Source: an uncultured virus (IMG/VR IMGVR_UViG_3300018080_006410)
Lineage: Duplodnaviria > Heunggongvirae > Uroviricota > Caudoviricetes
Length of the DNA: 64,000 bases
IMG/VR virus record: IMGVR_UViG_3300018080_006410
Strand: one strand, 5' to 3'
How positions within the stretch are numbered: the first letter of the stretch is position 1; each line of letters opens with the position of its first letter. Below the pieces are notes generated by a model, which saw only the letters and a program-made list of their open reading frames with translations, made no database searches and was not told the DNA's origin. Positions 1-8,867 of the stretch are shown here, in pieces. The position numbers were made by a program, and so were the translations under genes.

Positions 1-65
1 TCCGCCTCCACGGTCTCGTAAGAGATCGCGATCGACTCGGCCATCGTCACCATGTACCTCCTCAT
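1..65 (-). CDS. Partial hypothetical protein running off the left edge (MRRYMVTMAESIAISYETVEA...)
   Basis: ATG at 63-65 preceded by GGAGGACGAGGC; open to the window edge. Confidence 0.5.
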   Translation of the reverse strand, partial: MRRYMVTMAESIAISYETVEA

Positions 66-94
66 GCCTCGTCCTCCATTCTCAGCCTTCGTCG

Positions 95-688
95 TCACAC
101 CTCATCATACGCCACGACCTCTCCGTTCTCGAACCACTCCTTGGCGACCTTCTCCTCCAGGACGTACATCCTCTCGTCCTCGACGTCGCCCGTCACGACC
201 CTTCTCCACTTGGCTATCTCGACGGCCACGTCCCCCATCCGGCCCCCGAAGCCCCTCAGGTCGCCAAGGACCTTGTCGCGCTCGTCGTCGGTTCCGAAGA
301 TCATCACCGACCTGACGTCGACGTCGTGGGCCTCCACGGCCGCGAACGCCTTGTTCAGCCTTTCGCTCTCGTCCGCCTCCTCGTCCATTGCGTGAACGGC
401 CCCATGGAGAACGTTGTCGGAGGCCCTTCTCAGCGGCTCGTCCCTCTCCGTCGTCCTCTCCAGGACGTGGACGGAGCCCTTGCGGAAGCCGTCCGGGGCC
501 TCGCTCACCGCCTCGACGACGCCCTTCTCGACCCACAGCCTCCCGACGTTCCCGCCCAGGCATCTCGGGCAGAGGGTCCGGCTCCCGTTGTTGTCGCCGG
601 CCAGGTCGTCGTCGACCCCCCACCATCCGCAGTCGTGGCATGCGGGCACCCACTCCCTGCCCATCCTCATCTCCTCGTCCACGCCCAT
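95..688 (-). CDS. Zn-ribbon hypothetical protein; probable 3' half of a gene split by the 710-1078 cassette
   Basis: CHDCGWWG...CPRC; its start MGVDEEMRMG duplicates sequence inside the 993-1358 ORF. Confidence 0.7.
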   Translation of the reverse strand: MGVDEEMRMGREWVPACHDCGWWGVDDDLAGDNNGSRTLCPRCLGGNVGRLWVEKGVVEAVSEAPDGFRKGSVHVLERTTERDEPLRRASDNVLHGAVHAMDEEADESERLNKAFAAVEAHDVDVRSVMIFGTDDERDKVLGDLRGFGGRMGDVAVEIAKWRRVVTGDVEDERMYVLEEKVAKEWFENGEVVAYDEV

Positions 689-706
689 CTCCTCGTCGGG
701 AGTTCC
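659..706. repeat. Direct repeat, copy 1 (~50 bp)
   Basis: gcccatcctcatctcctcgtccacgcccatc-tcctcgtcgggagttcc matches 1110-1160 with 2 substitutions and a 3-nt indel. Confidence 0.9.
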
Positions 707-709
707 AAC

Positions 710-1078
710 TCACCTGACGTTCTTCTTCCCACAATGAGTTCCTCCATCCACGGGCCTCATCTCTTTCCCTCGTCTCCTTCCAACCACGAACTCGAGCATC
801 GCGTAGTTGGCCACGTCAACAAGGAACTCGAGATTTCCAGTCTCCTCATACTCACGAAGGCGAGTCCTCAGAGCACCGACGTAGTCATATGAAGCATTTC
901 CAAACTCCATTCCATACCGATGAGCTCCGAAAATGAGCCGGTTCCTCTGAAACTGCTCAAACTCAGAGCTCCATTGACTTTCCCGCATATCTTCAAGTGG
1001 AGGCAGACGGAGGGCGTTCCTCACCCCTCCTCGGGGACGGGTCAGCAGATGTTGCCTCAAGTGTTGGGTTACTGTCAT
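710..1078 (-). CDS. Putative all-alpha dNTP pyrophosphohydrolase-like phage protein
   Basis: RLIFGAHRYG...YEETGNLEFLVDVANYAMLEF resembles the E-x-L-x-D-x-A-N helix of MazG/dATP-dGTP diphosphohydrolase-like proteins; visibly lower GC than flanks. Confidence 0.55.
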   Translation of the reverse strand: MTVTQHLRQHLLTRPRGGVRNALRLPPLEDMRESQWSSEFEQFQRNRLIFGAHRYGMEFGNASYDYVGALRTRLREYEETGNLEFLVDVANYAMLEFVVGRRRGKEMRPVDGGTHCGKKNVR

Positions 1079-1358
1079 CTCTACCACGACTCGACTCCTC
1101 AATGGCAAGGCCCATCCTCATTTCCTCGTCCACGCCCATCACGTCCCCGTCGGGAGTTCCGCAGGCCGCCCTGGCCGCGGCCTCGTGCGCCCTCATGTTC
1201 TCATCCTCGGCCATCACGTCCCCGCTCGGCAGCCTGGCCACGACCCGCAGGCTCGTCGAGCCGCAGGCGCCGCACGCCCGCATCGCCCTGGCCAGGTCCC
1301 ACCCGACGTCGTTCGTGTCTCCCCGCCACCCGCAGGCCCCGCACTTGAAGACCGTCAT
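993..1358 (-). CDS. Zn-ribbon hypothetical protein; probable 5' half of the split gene
   Basis: MTVFKCGACGWRG...CGACG; contains MGVDEEMRMG, then runs out of frame into the cassette. Confidence 0.65.
   Translation of the reverse strand: MTVFKCGACGWRGDTNDVGWDLARAMRACGACGSTSLRVVARLPSGDVMAEDENMRAHEAAARAACGTPDGDVMGVDEEMRMGLAIEESSRGRDDSNPTLEATSADPSPRRGEERPPSAST
1110..1160. repeat. Direct repeat, copy 2
   Basis: gcccatcctcatttcctcgtccacgcccatcacgtccccgtcgggagttcc. Confidence 0.9.
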
Positions 1359-1591
1359 CTCGTCCCCTCCCCGGCCGCCAGGACGTCGCCTCCGAGCACC
1401 CTCTCCAGGACGACCCGCCCCGAGCACCTCGGGCAGCGCCATCCCGTGAAGACCTGCTCGTCCAGCTCGACATGGGCCTCCTCCAGGTAGCCCTGCCAGC
1501 CGCACCTCCCGCATCGGCAGACGACGGCGTCGCCTCTCGACTCGACCTCGTCGGCCATCCTCCTGGCGAGAAACGACCTGCCGTCGGCCAT
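1355..1591 (-). CDS. Small Zn-ribbon protein (CxxCGWxG...CPxC), paralogous to its neighbours
   Basis: CGRCGWQG...WRCPRCSG; RBS GGAG upstream; overlaps the next start. Confidence 0.7.
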   Translation of the reverse strand: MADGRSFLARRMADEVESRGDAVVCRCGRCGWQGYLEEAHVELDEQVFTGWRCPRCSGRVVLERVLGGDVLAAGEGTR

Positions 1592-1592
1592 G

Positions 1593-2126
1593 TCACAGCT
1601 CCTCCCCGGCCATGGCCGAGAGCATCTTCCTGAAGCCGTCGCCATCCTTCTCGCCCCGCAGCCTGTTCACCTCCGCGCCCACTCCCTCGCTGGCCAGACC
1701 CATCTTCAGCTCCATCAACCTGAACTGCCTGACGGCGATCCTGTCCCCGTCCGGCCTCGCGAAGCCGACCAGCAGCCTCCTCGCGTCGTCGGCCCTCACC
1801 CACTCGGCCCCCCTCAGGCATTCCATCAGCTTCTCCAGGCCGCTCCGCCGGCCGTTCTCGCCCATGACCAGCACCTCGCCAGGCGGCAGGTGGCCGGCGT
1901 GCTCCATGGAGACCACCTCGACATCCAGCTCACGGTCCACCCTGAAGGAGACGCCCACCTCCGGCAGCGGCTCGTCCTTCGAGTCGGCCACGACCGAGTA
2001 GCCGACGACGCCCTCGGCCGGCGTCTCGAACGGCCGCACGACGAGGCCCGCCCGCTCCGCCATGGCCCTCAGCAGCCGGACGAGCTCGCAGAACTGGGTC
2101 GCGTCCCTGATCTCGACCTTCGTCAT
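1593..2126 (-). CDS. Hypothetical protein
   Basis: MTKVEIRDATQF...; ATGA overlap, GC3-biased codons. Confidence 0.65.
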   Translation of the reverse strand: MTKVEIRDATQFCELVRLLRAMAERAGLVVRPFETPAEGVVGYSVVADSKDEPLPEVGVSFRVDRELDVEVVSMEHAGHLPPGEVLVMGENGRRSGLEKLMECLRGAEWVRADDARRLLVGFARPDGDRIAVRQFRLMELKMGLASEGVGAEVNRLRGEKDGDGFRKMLSAMAGEEL

Positions 2127-2950
2127 TCCCGTCCCCCCGTCACCTCGAACATGAGCCTGGCCGCCTTGAGGCACTTCCTCCTCCTGCGCCTGTCGTCGAA
2201 GGAGTCGGCGAGCATCGACATCTGCCTGGCCCACCACCTGACGACCTCGACGTCGACGTCGCCGTCGGCCAGCGCGCCCCGGGGCGGCAGGTCCGGGTCG
2301 GGCCCCACGCAGGTGAAGACGTCGTCGCCCAGGCTGGACTCGACCCTCCAGCGGTTGCCGGCCACGACGGAGAGGACGTCCCCCTCCCTCACCTCCCCGT
2401 CGACCGCCACGTCTATCCTCATCTTCCACGTCCCCGGAGCCACCTCCCCCATGAACTCGACGCTCCTGACCGGCCACGTCACCGGCTCCCTCGGCGTGGC
2501 CGGGGCGCTCCAGCGAACCCACTCCCTCTTGATCTTGACGATGTCGGCCACCGGGATCGCGTCCGCCAGGGAATCGTCCAGCTCGCCCCAGACCCTGTTC
2601 CAGCCCATGCCGGACATCAGAGTGCCGTAGCCGAGCATCACGACGCCGTCCTGGTCGATGCTGACGCGGACCAGCGAGAGCCTGGACGCCAGGGACTCCC
2701 CGCTCAGGACGATCTCGTAGCGCTGCCTGTCACAGCAGGTCGCGCTCACGAGCGCGACTTCCAGCGAGGTGCTCCCCAGGAACGCCCTGATTCCCTCCAG
2801 GACCCCCTTCATGGCCTCGGCCACCCTGGCGCCCGACTCCTCCCGGGTCGCGTCGGCCTCCACAAGCATCTCCACGACCCTGTCACCCAGCGAGGCCGCC
2901 CTCGCCGCGTTGCCAGCATTGCTCTCCCTCATGACCTTCTCCTTCGCCAT
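2123..2950 (-). CDS. Hypothetical protein
   Basis: MAKEKVMRES...; plausible composition, operon packing. Confidence 0.65.
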   Translation of the reverse strand: MAKEKVMRESNAGNAARAASLGDRVVEMLVEADATREESGARVAEAMKGVLEGIRAFLGSTSLEVALVSATCCDRQRYEIVLSGESLASRLSLVRVSIDQDGVVMLGYGTLMSGMGWNRVWGELDDSLADAIPVADIVKIKREWVRWSAPATPREPVTWPVRSVEFMGEVAPGTWKMRIDVAVDGEVREGDVLSVVAGNRWRVESSLGDDVFTCVGPDPDLPPRGALADGDVDVEVVRWWARQMSMLADSFDDRRRRRKCLKAARLMFEVTGGRE

Positions 2951-3012
2951 GTTGTCCTCGCCAATCTCATGGCCATCTCCTCGTCCGTCGCCATCACCGC
3001 CATCGACCATCC

Positions 3013-3243
3013 TCAATCCGTCAGGACGGCCCCGGACAGGTGGTGGACCTCCCGCTCCAGAACCTCCTTCTGCTCCTTCGCCTGGCGATGGAGGGTCACG
3101 GCGTTGCCGTTCATGTCGCCAAGCTCTGCCTCGACCTTGGCGATGGCCTCCTCTTTCCTACCTCCGTCGTAGCCCTCGGGGTCCTCGACCGCCACCTCCT
3201 GGACGATCCCGTGCCTCACCAGCAGATCAGACAACACGCCCAT
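3013..3243 (-). CDS. Small hypothetical protein
   Basis: ORF track, packing. Confidence 0.6.
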   Translation of the reverse strand: MGVLSDLLVRHGIVQEVAVEDPEGYDGGRKEEAIAKVEAELGDMNGNAVTLHRQAKEQKEVLEREVHHLSGAVLTD

Positions 3244-3246
3244 CCC

Positions 3247-3543
3247 CTAGCCCTCCAGCATCTCTCTGTACGTCATCCCGTTGTCGTAGCGAGCCTTCGA
3301 GTCGAAGGCGTCATTCGGCCCTCCGTCCTTCAGAAAGTCATCCTCAACCACGACCCAGGCCCTCACGATCAAGGCCTGTCTGGCCACCTCGAAGGCTACC
3401 CTCACCTTGGGAGGACCACCGAAAACCCCGGCGTCCGTATCAATCACCGTCCCGACGCAGCCCCTGGCCACCACGATCTCGGCTCCCGGAGAACTTCCCG
3501 CGACAAGGCCCTGCTTCAACGCGACCCAGTTCCCGACCTTCAT
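3247..3543 (-). CDS. Small hypothetical protein (SH3/KOW-like MKVGNWV start)
   Basis: ORF track; RBS AGGAGGAG. Confidence 0.6.
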   Translation of the reverse strand: MKVGNWVALKQGLVAGSSPGAEIVVARGCVGTVIDTDAGVFGGPPKVRVAFEVARQALIVRAWVVVEDDFLKDGGPNDAFDSKARYDNGMTYREMLEG

Positions 3544-3839
3544 AACTTCTCCTCCTTGCTCGTCCTCACATCCCCGTCGTCGCCAACCAGGAACTGAATC
3601 GGCAGCCGCAACCCCTTGGCGACTGCCAGCTCGATCTCCTCCATGTCCGCGGCCATCGACCCGTCGACGAAGGCGAAATCGTCCATCACGACAGCAGACC
3701 CCCTCTCACCTCGAACCTTCCCCATGGAGGCCCGCCGCCTCCGGGCCACCTCGTCGTCGGTTCCGAATATCCGCTCATAGCCCTCGTCGTACCTGGCCCT
3801 GTTCACCGGCCTCGGCGTGTCACCCTTGCCCGCCATCAA
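3540..3839 (-). CDS. Small hypothetical protein (GKGDTPRPVN...YDEGYERIF)
   Basis: N-terminal motif typical of short phage proteins. Confidence 0.6.
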   Translation of the reverse strand: MMAGKGDTPRPVNRARYDEGYERIFGTDDEVARRRRASMGKVRGERGSAVVMDDFAFVDGSMAADMEEIELAVAKGLRLPIQFLVGDDGDVRTSKEEKL

Positions 3840-3858
3840 CTCTCCTCCAGCTCGGCCT

Positions 3859-4272
3859 TCATACCTCGACCTCCTTGTGCCCCGTCGTCATCTCCTGCCA
3901 CTCGGCGCTCTCATGGTCCGGGACCCCCTGCCCCTCCAGGAACGCCCTCACGTCGTCGCTGAGAGGCGGCGAGTGGCCCATGAGGACCCGACACCGCTCC
4001 AGCAGGCCGAGAGCCTCCGAGAGGCTGTCCTCGACGCTCACAGGGCCATTCCCGAACCGCTCGCCCGACGGCAGCGTGACGTCGACGAGCCGGCACATGC
4101 CGAGCGGGTACGACTCCACCTTCTCGACCGGCTCGCTCCCCTGGGGCTCCTCAGGAGGCTCGTATCCGACGGTCTCCTCCAACGTCCTCAGACCGTTGGC
4201 ATCGGCCAGGTGGGCGATCCGCCTCTCAAGATGCGTGACGCGCCTTTCCAATGCTTTAATCTTGCTCATCAT
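3859..4272 (-). CDS. Hypothetical protein with N-terminal coiled coil
   Basis: ORF track. Confidence 0.6.
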   Translation of the reverse strand: MMSKIKALERRVTHLERRIAHLADANGLRTLEETVGYEPPEEPQGSEPVEKVESYPLGMCRLVDVTLPSGERFGNGPVSVEDSLSEALGLLERCRVLMGHSPPLSDDVRAFLEGQGVPDHESAEWQEMTTGHKEVEV

Positions 4273-4619
4273 CTTCCTCCTTCGGCGATCTCGATTGCGG
4301 CGACGCCCGAACCGCCCTCCAGGACGAGGTACTCCACTCCGGTCCCCACGTCCCGCAGCACGACGGCCCGGATGCCGACCGGCAAGCTCCTCCAGGCCCG
4401 TATGTCCTGGTTCGACACGACCTCGAACCTAACCGGCATCAGAAACGGCGTATTCGGCTCCTTCTCGATCTCGCCAGCCACCTCCGCAGCCTTCGGCTCC
4501 TCGCCCAGCGGCGTAATGCCCCGAGCCCTGTCCATCCGGGCCCTAACGACCCCGTACAGCATGACGAAGACGATCATCACGGCCGCGAACTGCCACCCCA
4601 TCTCCATCTTCCTACCCAT
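4269..4619 (-). CDS. Membrane-anchored hypothetical protein
   Basis: N-terminal hydrophobic helix WQFAAVMIVFVMLYGVV. Confidence 0.6.
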   Translation of the reverse strand: MGRKMEMGWQFAAVMIVFVMLYGVVRARMDRARGITPLGEEPKAAEVAGEIEKEPNTPFLMPVRFEVVSNQDIRAWRSLPVGIRAVVLRDVGTGVEYLVLEGGSGVAAIEIAEGGR

Positions 4620-4896
4620 CGGCCATCTCCTCTTCTTCGGCCCTCACGTCCGTCTGCGTCAGCTGCGCCGAGCAGACCCCGCAGGTCCACCCATGAGTCT
4701 CGTACACGTCCCTCAAGCCCCACCGCCAACCCTCCAGGGCCACCATCCGCCTGACCGAGTCCGTCTTGCTCTTCGAGTAGCTCCACCCCTCCGTCTTGCA
4801 CACGTCGCACTCGAACACGACGCCGTCGCCCTGCCAGACGGCCCTCATGGCCCTGGCCGGCACCTCGACCGGCCCGGTTGGCGTGTCGACCGTCAT
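4612..4896 (-). CDS. Small Zn-finger hypothetical protein
   Basis: CDVC...CGVC. Confidence 0.6.
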   Translation of the reverse strand: MTVDTPTGPVEVPARAMRAVWQGDGVVFECDVCKTEGWSYSKSKTDSVRRMVALEGWRWGLRDVYETHGWTCGVCSAQLTQTDVRAEEEEMADG

Positions 4897-5522
4897 CCCG
4901 GCCTCTCGAACCAGATTATCGCGCCCATCGGGTTCCAGGTCACGTTCTCGCCCACGATCCGGAAGCCGGCATCCCCGACCGCGGCCCTCATCCTCGCCGG
5001 GTCGTTGTCGGAGAAGCCGGTGTTGGCCAAACCATTCGGCTTGGTCTTGTCGGAGTAGTGGATGACGCCCTGGCCGCCCCGCCTCAGCACCCTCCACATC
5101 TCCTTCAGGTAGGCCCGTATCGCGTCCAGCTCCAGATGGACGAAGACGTCATACGACCAGACCAGGTCGGCGCAGCCGTCAGGCACGCCGGCCAGGTCCG
5201 TGCCGCCACCCAGGACGGGCACCAGGAACGGATGCCGGAACGAGCGCGCCAGCTCGTCGAGCATCTCACGGGAGACATCGACGGCGTAGACCTTCCTGCA
5301 TCCCGTCATGTACCTGGTCCACCTGCCCCCTCCCGGCCCTATCTCGACCACCGTGGAGGACGGCCCCAGCAAGGGCAGCAGGTAGTGGTCCCTGGCGAGG
5401 GTCACGATCTCGTGGCCCTCCTCCGGGTCGCCCCACTGGCAGCCGTACAGGTCGCCCCTGGGGTCGTCCTTCCACCTTCGGAGCATCCCCACGTGCATGG
5501 GATGGTTGACAGCCGGCATCAC
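4893..5522 (-). CDS. Class I SAM-dependent methyltransferase
   Basis: Motif I VVEIGPGGG, motif II AVDVS, DLVWSYDVFVHL, EMWRVLRRGG. Confidence 0.9.
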   Translation of the reverse strand: MMPAVNHPMHVGMLRRWKDDPRGDLYGCQWGDPEEGHEIVTLARDHYLLPLLGPSSTVVEIGPGGGRWTRYMTGCRKVYAVDVSREMLDELARSFRHPFLVPVLGGGTDLAGVPDGCADLVWSYDVFVHLELDAIRAYLKEMWRVLRRGGQGVIHYSDKTKPNGLANTGFSDNDPARMRAAVGDAGFRIVGENVTWNPMGAIIWFERPG

Positions 5523-6445
5523 TCGTCCCTCCTATTCACGATGCACTTGGGCTCGGAGCAGCGCGTCCCGTTCTCGTCCCAGCTCAGCACGTGGCACCTG
5601 ACACCCTTACAGAGGACGTGCTTGACGTACGCCGGATCGCTCGCCGGCTCCTCGGGAGGCTTGAACCAGGACTCGATGCCCGGGACACAGATCGTGTCGC
5701 TCGACGGAATCTGGCCGGCAGGCTCCGAGCCGGGACCAAGCTGCTCTTTCTCGGCAACCACCTGGCCGGCCTTGACGTTCTCGGGGCACGCCCCCATCGG
5801 ATCAACCGGGCCGCCGCTCCTGGTAGGCCCCATCCAGCAACCGCACCCATGGGAGCAATCGCTCGTTCCGTCCTGGTGCGGATATGAGTGGGGTCCGAAC
5901 ACCTCCGGGTCGACCCGGGGCGCGTGCTTCATCCCACCGTGCTGATGCCATACGGCATGGCCCTCGTCCTTCCAGCGCTGCTCCTCGTCCTGGCGCTGGC
6001 GCGCGGCCTTCATCGCATCCCTTTTAACGCTGGCCTCCGCGGTCGTCACGCCGCCGGCGAACTCCGGGCCGGCCTCCGCCTCGGGCACCAGGTAGGCCTT
6101 CGAAAAGAAGGCGTGCGGGCACGCCACCCTCTGGCCGCCCGGCAGCGTCACCACCCAGTCGCCCGGGCAGACGGTCTGACCATCACCACCGCTGTCGATC
6201 CAACCGTGAAGATGATTGACCTCGTGGCAGATCGGACAGTGATCGTGACCCGGATGGCCCGGATGTCTGAACCGTCTGACCACCTTGCCCTCGGTCAGCT
6301 CATCCCACTTACCCTGAACAACCGATCCGTCATCCTCGACCGGCACCGACTCGTCCTCCGGATGGTCGCCATTCCTGAACCACCGGGTCGCCTCGACCTC
6401 GATCCGCCTCGTCTTGAACCTCATCTCCGGACTCCTTCCCGTCAT
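5519..6445 (-). CDS. Phage hypothetical protein, composite (IEVEATRW...PGDWVV...FSKAY N-domain plus Cys-rich tail)
   Basis: N-terminal domain resembles the widespread phage PGDY/W family. Confidence 0.65.
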   Translation of the reverse strand: MTGRSPEMRFKTRRIEVEATRWFRNGDHPEDESVPVEDDGSVVQGKWDELTEGKVVRRFRHPGHPGHDHCPICHEVNHLHGWIDSGGDGQTVCPGDWVVTLPGGQRVACPHAFFSKAYLVPEAEAGPEFAGGVTTAEASVKRDAMKAARQRQDEEQRWKDEGHAVWHQHGGMKHAPRVDPEVFGPHSYPHQDGTSDCSHGCGCWMGPTRSGGPVDPMGACPENVKAGQVVAEKEQLGPGSEPAGQIPSSDTICVPGIESWFKPPEEPASDPAYVKHVLCKGVRCHVLSWDENGTRCSEPKCIVNRRDE

Positions 6446-6654
6446 ATCTTGGTCCGCATGGCGTGGGCTATGGAAAACAGCTCGTCCCTCGCCTTCTCGA
6501 AAGCCTTCTCGTCACAAACAGGCCTTCCCCCCTTCCTCAGCATCTTCTGATTCGCAACCACTATCTTGACAGCTTCAATCTCAGCCACCACGGCGTGCAT
6601 CTCGGCCTGGAGTGCGAACAGCTGTGCCAACTGCCTTATCTCACCTTCGTTCAT
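6442..6654 (-). CDS. Small hypothetical protein
   Basis: RBS AAGGAG; lower GC; promoter-like motif upstream. Confidence 0.6.
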   Translation of the reverse strand: MNEGEIRQLAQLFALQAEMHAVVAEIEAVKIVVANQKMLRKGGRPVCDEKAFEKARDELFSIAHAMRTKI

Positions 6655-6681
6655 CGCCTGACTCCTTCCTGCCTTTCACCT

Positions 6682-6691
6682 AGCATACGCC
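6682..6691 (-). promoter_or_regulatory. Class 2 promoter-like -10 motif (GGCGTATGCT)
   Basis: GCGTATRVT about 30 nt upstream of the ATG at 6654. Confidence 0.45.
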
Positions 6692-7201
6692 GCGCCATGT
6701 CAGTCCCTGGAGGTTTCCGGCAGAATAATCTCGTCGCCGGCCTGCACCGAGCCGTCGTCCGGGGAAACGCCCAGGGAGAAACCGACGGCGCCGAGGAAGT
6801 CGTCCCTGTTCATGGGTCGGACCTTCCCGTCCTCCCCCGCAACGAGAGCCGTCCCCATCTGGATGAAGACCCCCTCCTTCACCTCGGCCTCGACCACGAC
6901 CCCGGCGTCCGTCCGCATCATGACCGTCACGCTCACCGCCGGCCCCCTCCATGCTTGCGCTGGAGCCACCGGGTCAGCGGGTGCCGGCCAGGTCGCCGGC
7001 GGAAGGTCGGAAGAGAAGCCCGGAACTGGCCGGCCGAGAGCGTCGGAGGCGGAGGAGGCTCCGGCGGCTCGTCGTCCCGAGGATCGCCGGCCGTCCCCGC
7101 CGCACTCCCGAACATCTTCGGAAAGCTGTAGCTCCGAAGCTCCTCCTCCGGAACCCCGCATCTCCTGGCCGCGTCGGCCACCATCTCCTCCGGACTCATG
7201 G

Positions 7202-7462
7202 TCATCTTCCGTCCTTGTGCTCCGGGCCGGGAGGGTCGTCGCCAATCACCTCTCCCACCGCCTTTCCCACCTTGACGCCCACCACCGCCGTCCTCGGCCG
7301 GACGGCGTGCCGCCAGCCCCTGACGACCGTGAAGTCGGTCGCGGGGTGGCCCTCCGTCACCTTCCCGGCGATCCACTCCTCCATCTCCGCCTTGGCCTCC
7401 TCGGGGAAGCTCTTAAACCCACGGACATCCCCCGGAGCCGAATGAATGACGAACCACCTCAT
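7202..7462 (-). CDS. Small hypothetical protein
   Basis: MRWFVIHSAPG... Confidence 0.55.
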   Translation of the reverse strand: MRWFVIHSAPGDVRGFKSFPEEAKAEMEEWIAGKVTEGHPATDFTVVRGWRHAVRPRTAVVGVKVGKAVGEVIGDDPPGPEHKDGR

Positions 7463-7463
7463 G

Positions 7464-8027
7464 TCACTTCCCCCAGACGTGCCCGGGGTCGGGGACGAAG
7501 GCGAGGCTCGGCCTCCAGTCCTCCCCATCCCGCCTCGAACCACCATCGAAATGAACCACCTTGTCCATGGTCTTGACGAGCCAGCCACCTGGCACCGGCG
7601 CACGCCACTCGAAGCCGTCGTCGTCCATCTTCTCCCACTGGAGCAGCCTCCGGGCCTGCCGGTTGCCCTCCGGCTCGGGCGTCTTGGGGAAGGCCATCAC
7701 CCTGGGCTTTCCGGCCATCTCCCCGGGCGCCTCCGGAGGCGCCCCGCTCATCATGACCGCCAGCCTCATCCTCCCGTCGACGCCGGCGAACAAATCCTTG
7801 AAGCCGCCCTCGAAGCTGGGGTCGGCCTGGAGCACGGAGCCACGGACGGCGAACGACTCCCCGCACCCCCGGCAGACGTACCCGATCCGCGGCGCCGCCT
7901 TCCCGTCCTCCTCGCTCTCGGGATCGTCGTCCGGGTCGAACCTCCTCGGGTCGGCCATCGCGACCGACTCGGGACACGCGTGCCCCCTCATCGCGTCCAT
8001 CCACTCCCTCACCGTCTCGCAAAGCAT
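7464..8027 (-). CDS. Hypothetical protein
   Basis: CRGCG; RAPVPGGWLV...FVPDPGHVW C-terminal motif. Confidence 0.6.
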   Translation of the reverse strand: MLCETVREWMDAMRGHACPESVAMADPRRFDPDDDPESEEDGKAAPRIGYVCRGCGESFAVRGSVLQADPSFEGGFKDLFAGVDGRMRLAVMMSGAPPEAPGEMAGKPRVMAFPKTPEPEGNRQARRLLQWEKMDDDGFEWRAPVPGGWLVKTMDKVVHFDGGSRRDGEDWRPSLAFVPDPGHVWGK

Positions 8028-8031
8028 AACG

Positions 8032-8331
8032 TCACTCCTTCAGCAACGGCGCCAAGTCCGGCGCCAGCTCCAGGTCCGCCCACAGCCTGGCGGCGAGCTC
8101 CTCCAGCATCAGGGCGCACGCCTTCAAGGCGTTGGCCCCCGGCGGCAGCGGAGCCGAGGCGCAGGCGCAGACGCTCACGCTCCTCTTGCCCCTCGTCGGA
8201 ACCGCCACGTCTATCGTCACCTCCGCCGGCGGCAGGTCCGGGTCGATCGGCACCTCGGCCTTGATCGACGCCGTGCCGACCCCCGCCACGGAGTCGGCCA
8301 CCTCCACCTCGGTAAATCTCGTTCGAGTCAT
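8032..8331 (-). CDS. Hypothetical protein
   Basis: ORF track, ATGA overlap. Confidence 0.55.
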   Translation of the reverse strand: MTRTRFTEVEVADSVAGVGTASIKAEVPIDPDLPPAEVTIDVAVPTRGKRSVSVCACASAPLPPGANALKACALMLEELAARLWADLELAPDLAPLLKE

Positions 8332-8867
8332 ATCTCCCCCATCTCGCCGGAGACGGCGCCAGGATCGCCACCCGAGCCCTCAGCCTCGACCGCCCCCGTG
8401 GTGCCCGTCGGCCCCGTGGTGCCCGTCGGCCCCGTGGTGCCCGTCGGCCCCGTGGTGCCGTCGCAGCACTCCGGCCGCCCGCTGGCCCCGAAAAGGACCA
8501 ACCCCTCGAAGACCTCGTCCAGCGCCCTCGCCACGTCCGTCCCGGCCTTGAAGACCACGTCGACGTCGCCCATCCGGACCACGTAGCCGTTGTCGGCCAT
8601 CGTCACCGCCGCGACCGACTTGCCCCACGACAGCTCGTGGCATCGCAAGGGAACGGCCGACTGGCAACCACACGGCTCCGGCCCCCCTCCCATCCACGGC
8701 TCCATCCCGCCCATCAGGCGCTTGAAGCCCCTCGGCAGTTCGCCCCCGTAGTAGGCGGCGAGCCCCTTCAGGTCCGCCGGCGCTCCGACGAACAGCTTGC
8801 ACCCAACCCTCGCCACGACGTTGCCGTCCGCGGCCTGCGTGATCGTCGTCTTGAAACCCCTCTTCAT
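8328..8867 (-). CDS. Hypothetical protein with an internally duplicated beta motif and GTTGPT repeats
   Basis: ADGNVVARVG / ADNGYVVRMG; (GTTGPT)x3.5. Confidence 0.65.
   Translation of the reverse strand: MKRGFKTTITQAADGNVVARVGCKLFVGAPADLKGLAAYYGGELPRGFKRLMGGMEPWMGGGPEPCGCQSAVPLRCHELSWGKSVAAVTMADNGYVVRMGDVDVVFKAGTDVARALDEVFEGLVLFGASGRPECCDGTTGPTGTTGPTGTTGPTGTTGAVEAEGSGGDPGAVSGEMGEI
8395..8460. repeat. 18-bp tandem repeat, ~3.5 copies (cccgtggtgcccgtcggc)
   Basis: Read directly; encodes collagen-like GTTGPT. Confidence 0.9.

Noticed and set aside
6700..6920. Possible capsid decoration/cement protein
   Set aside because: Only a vague resemblance, uncertain start, and no structural gene context
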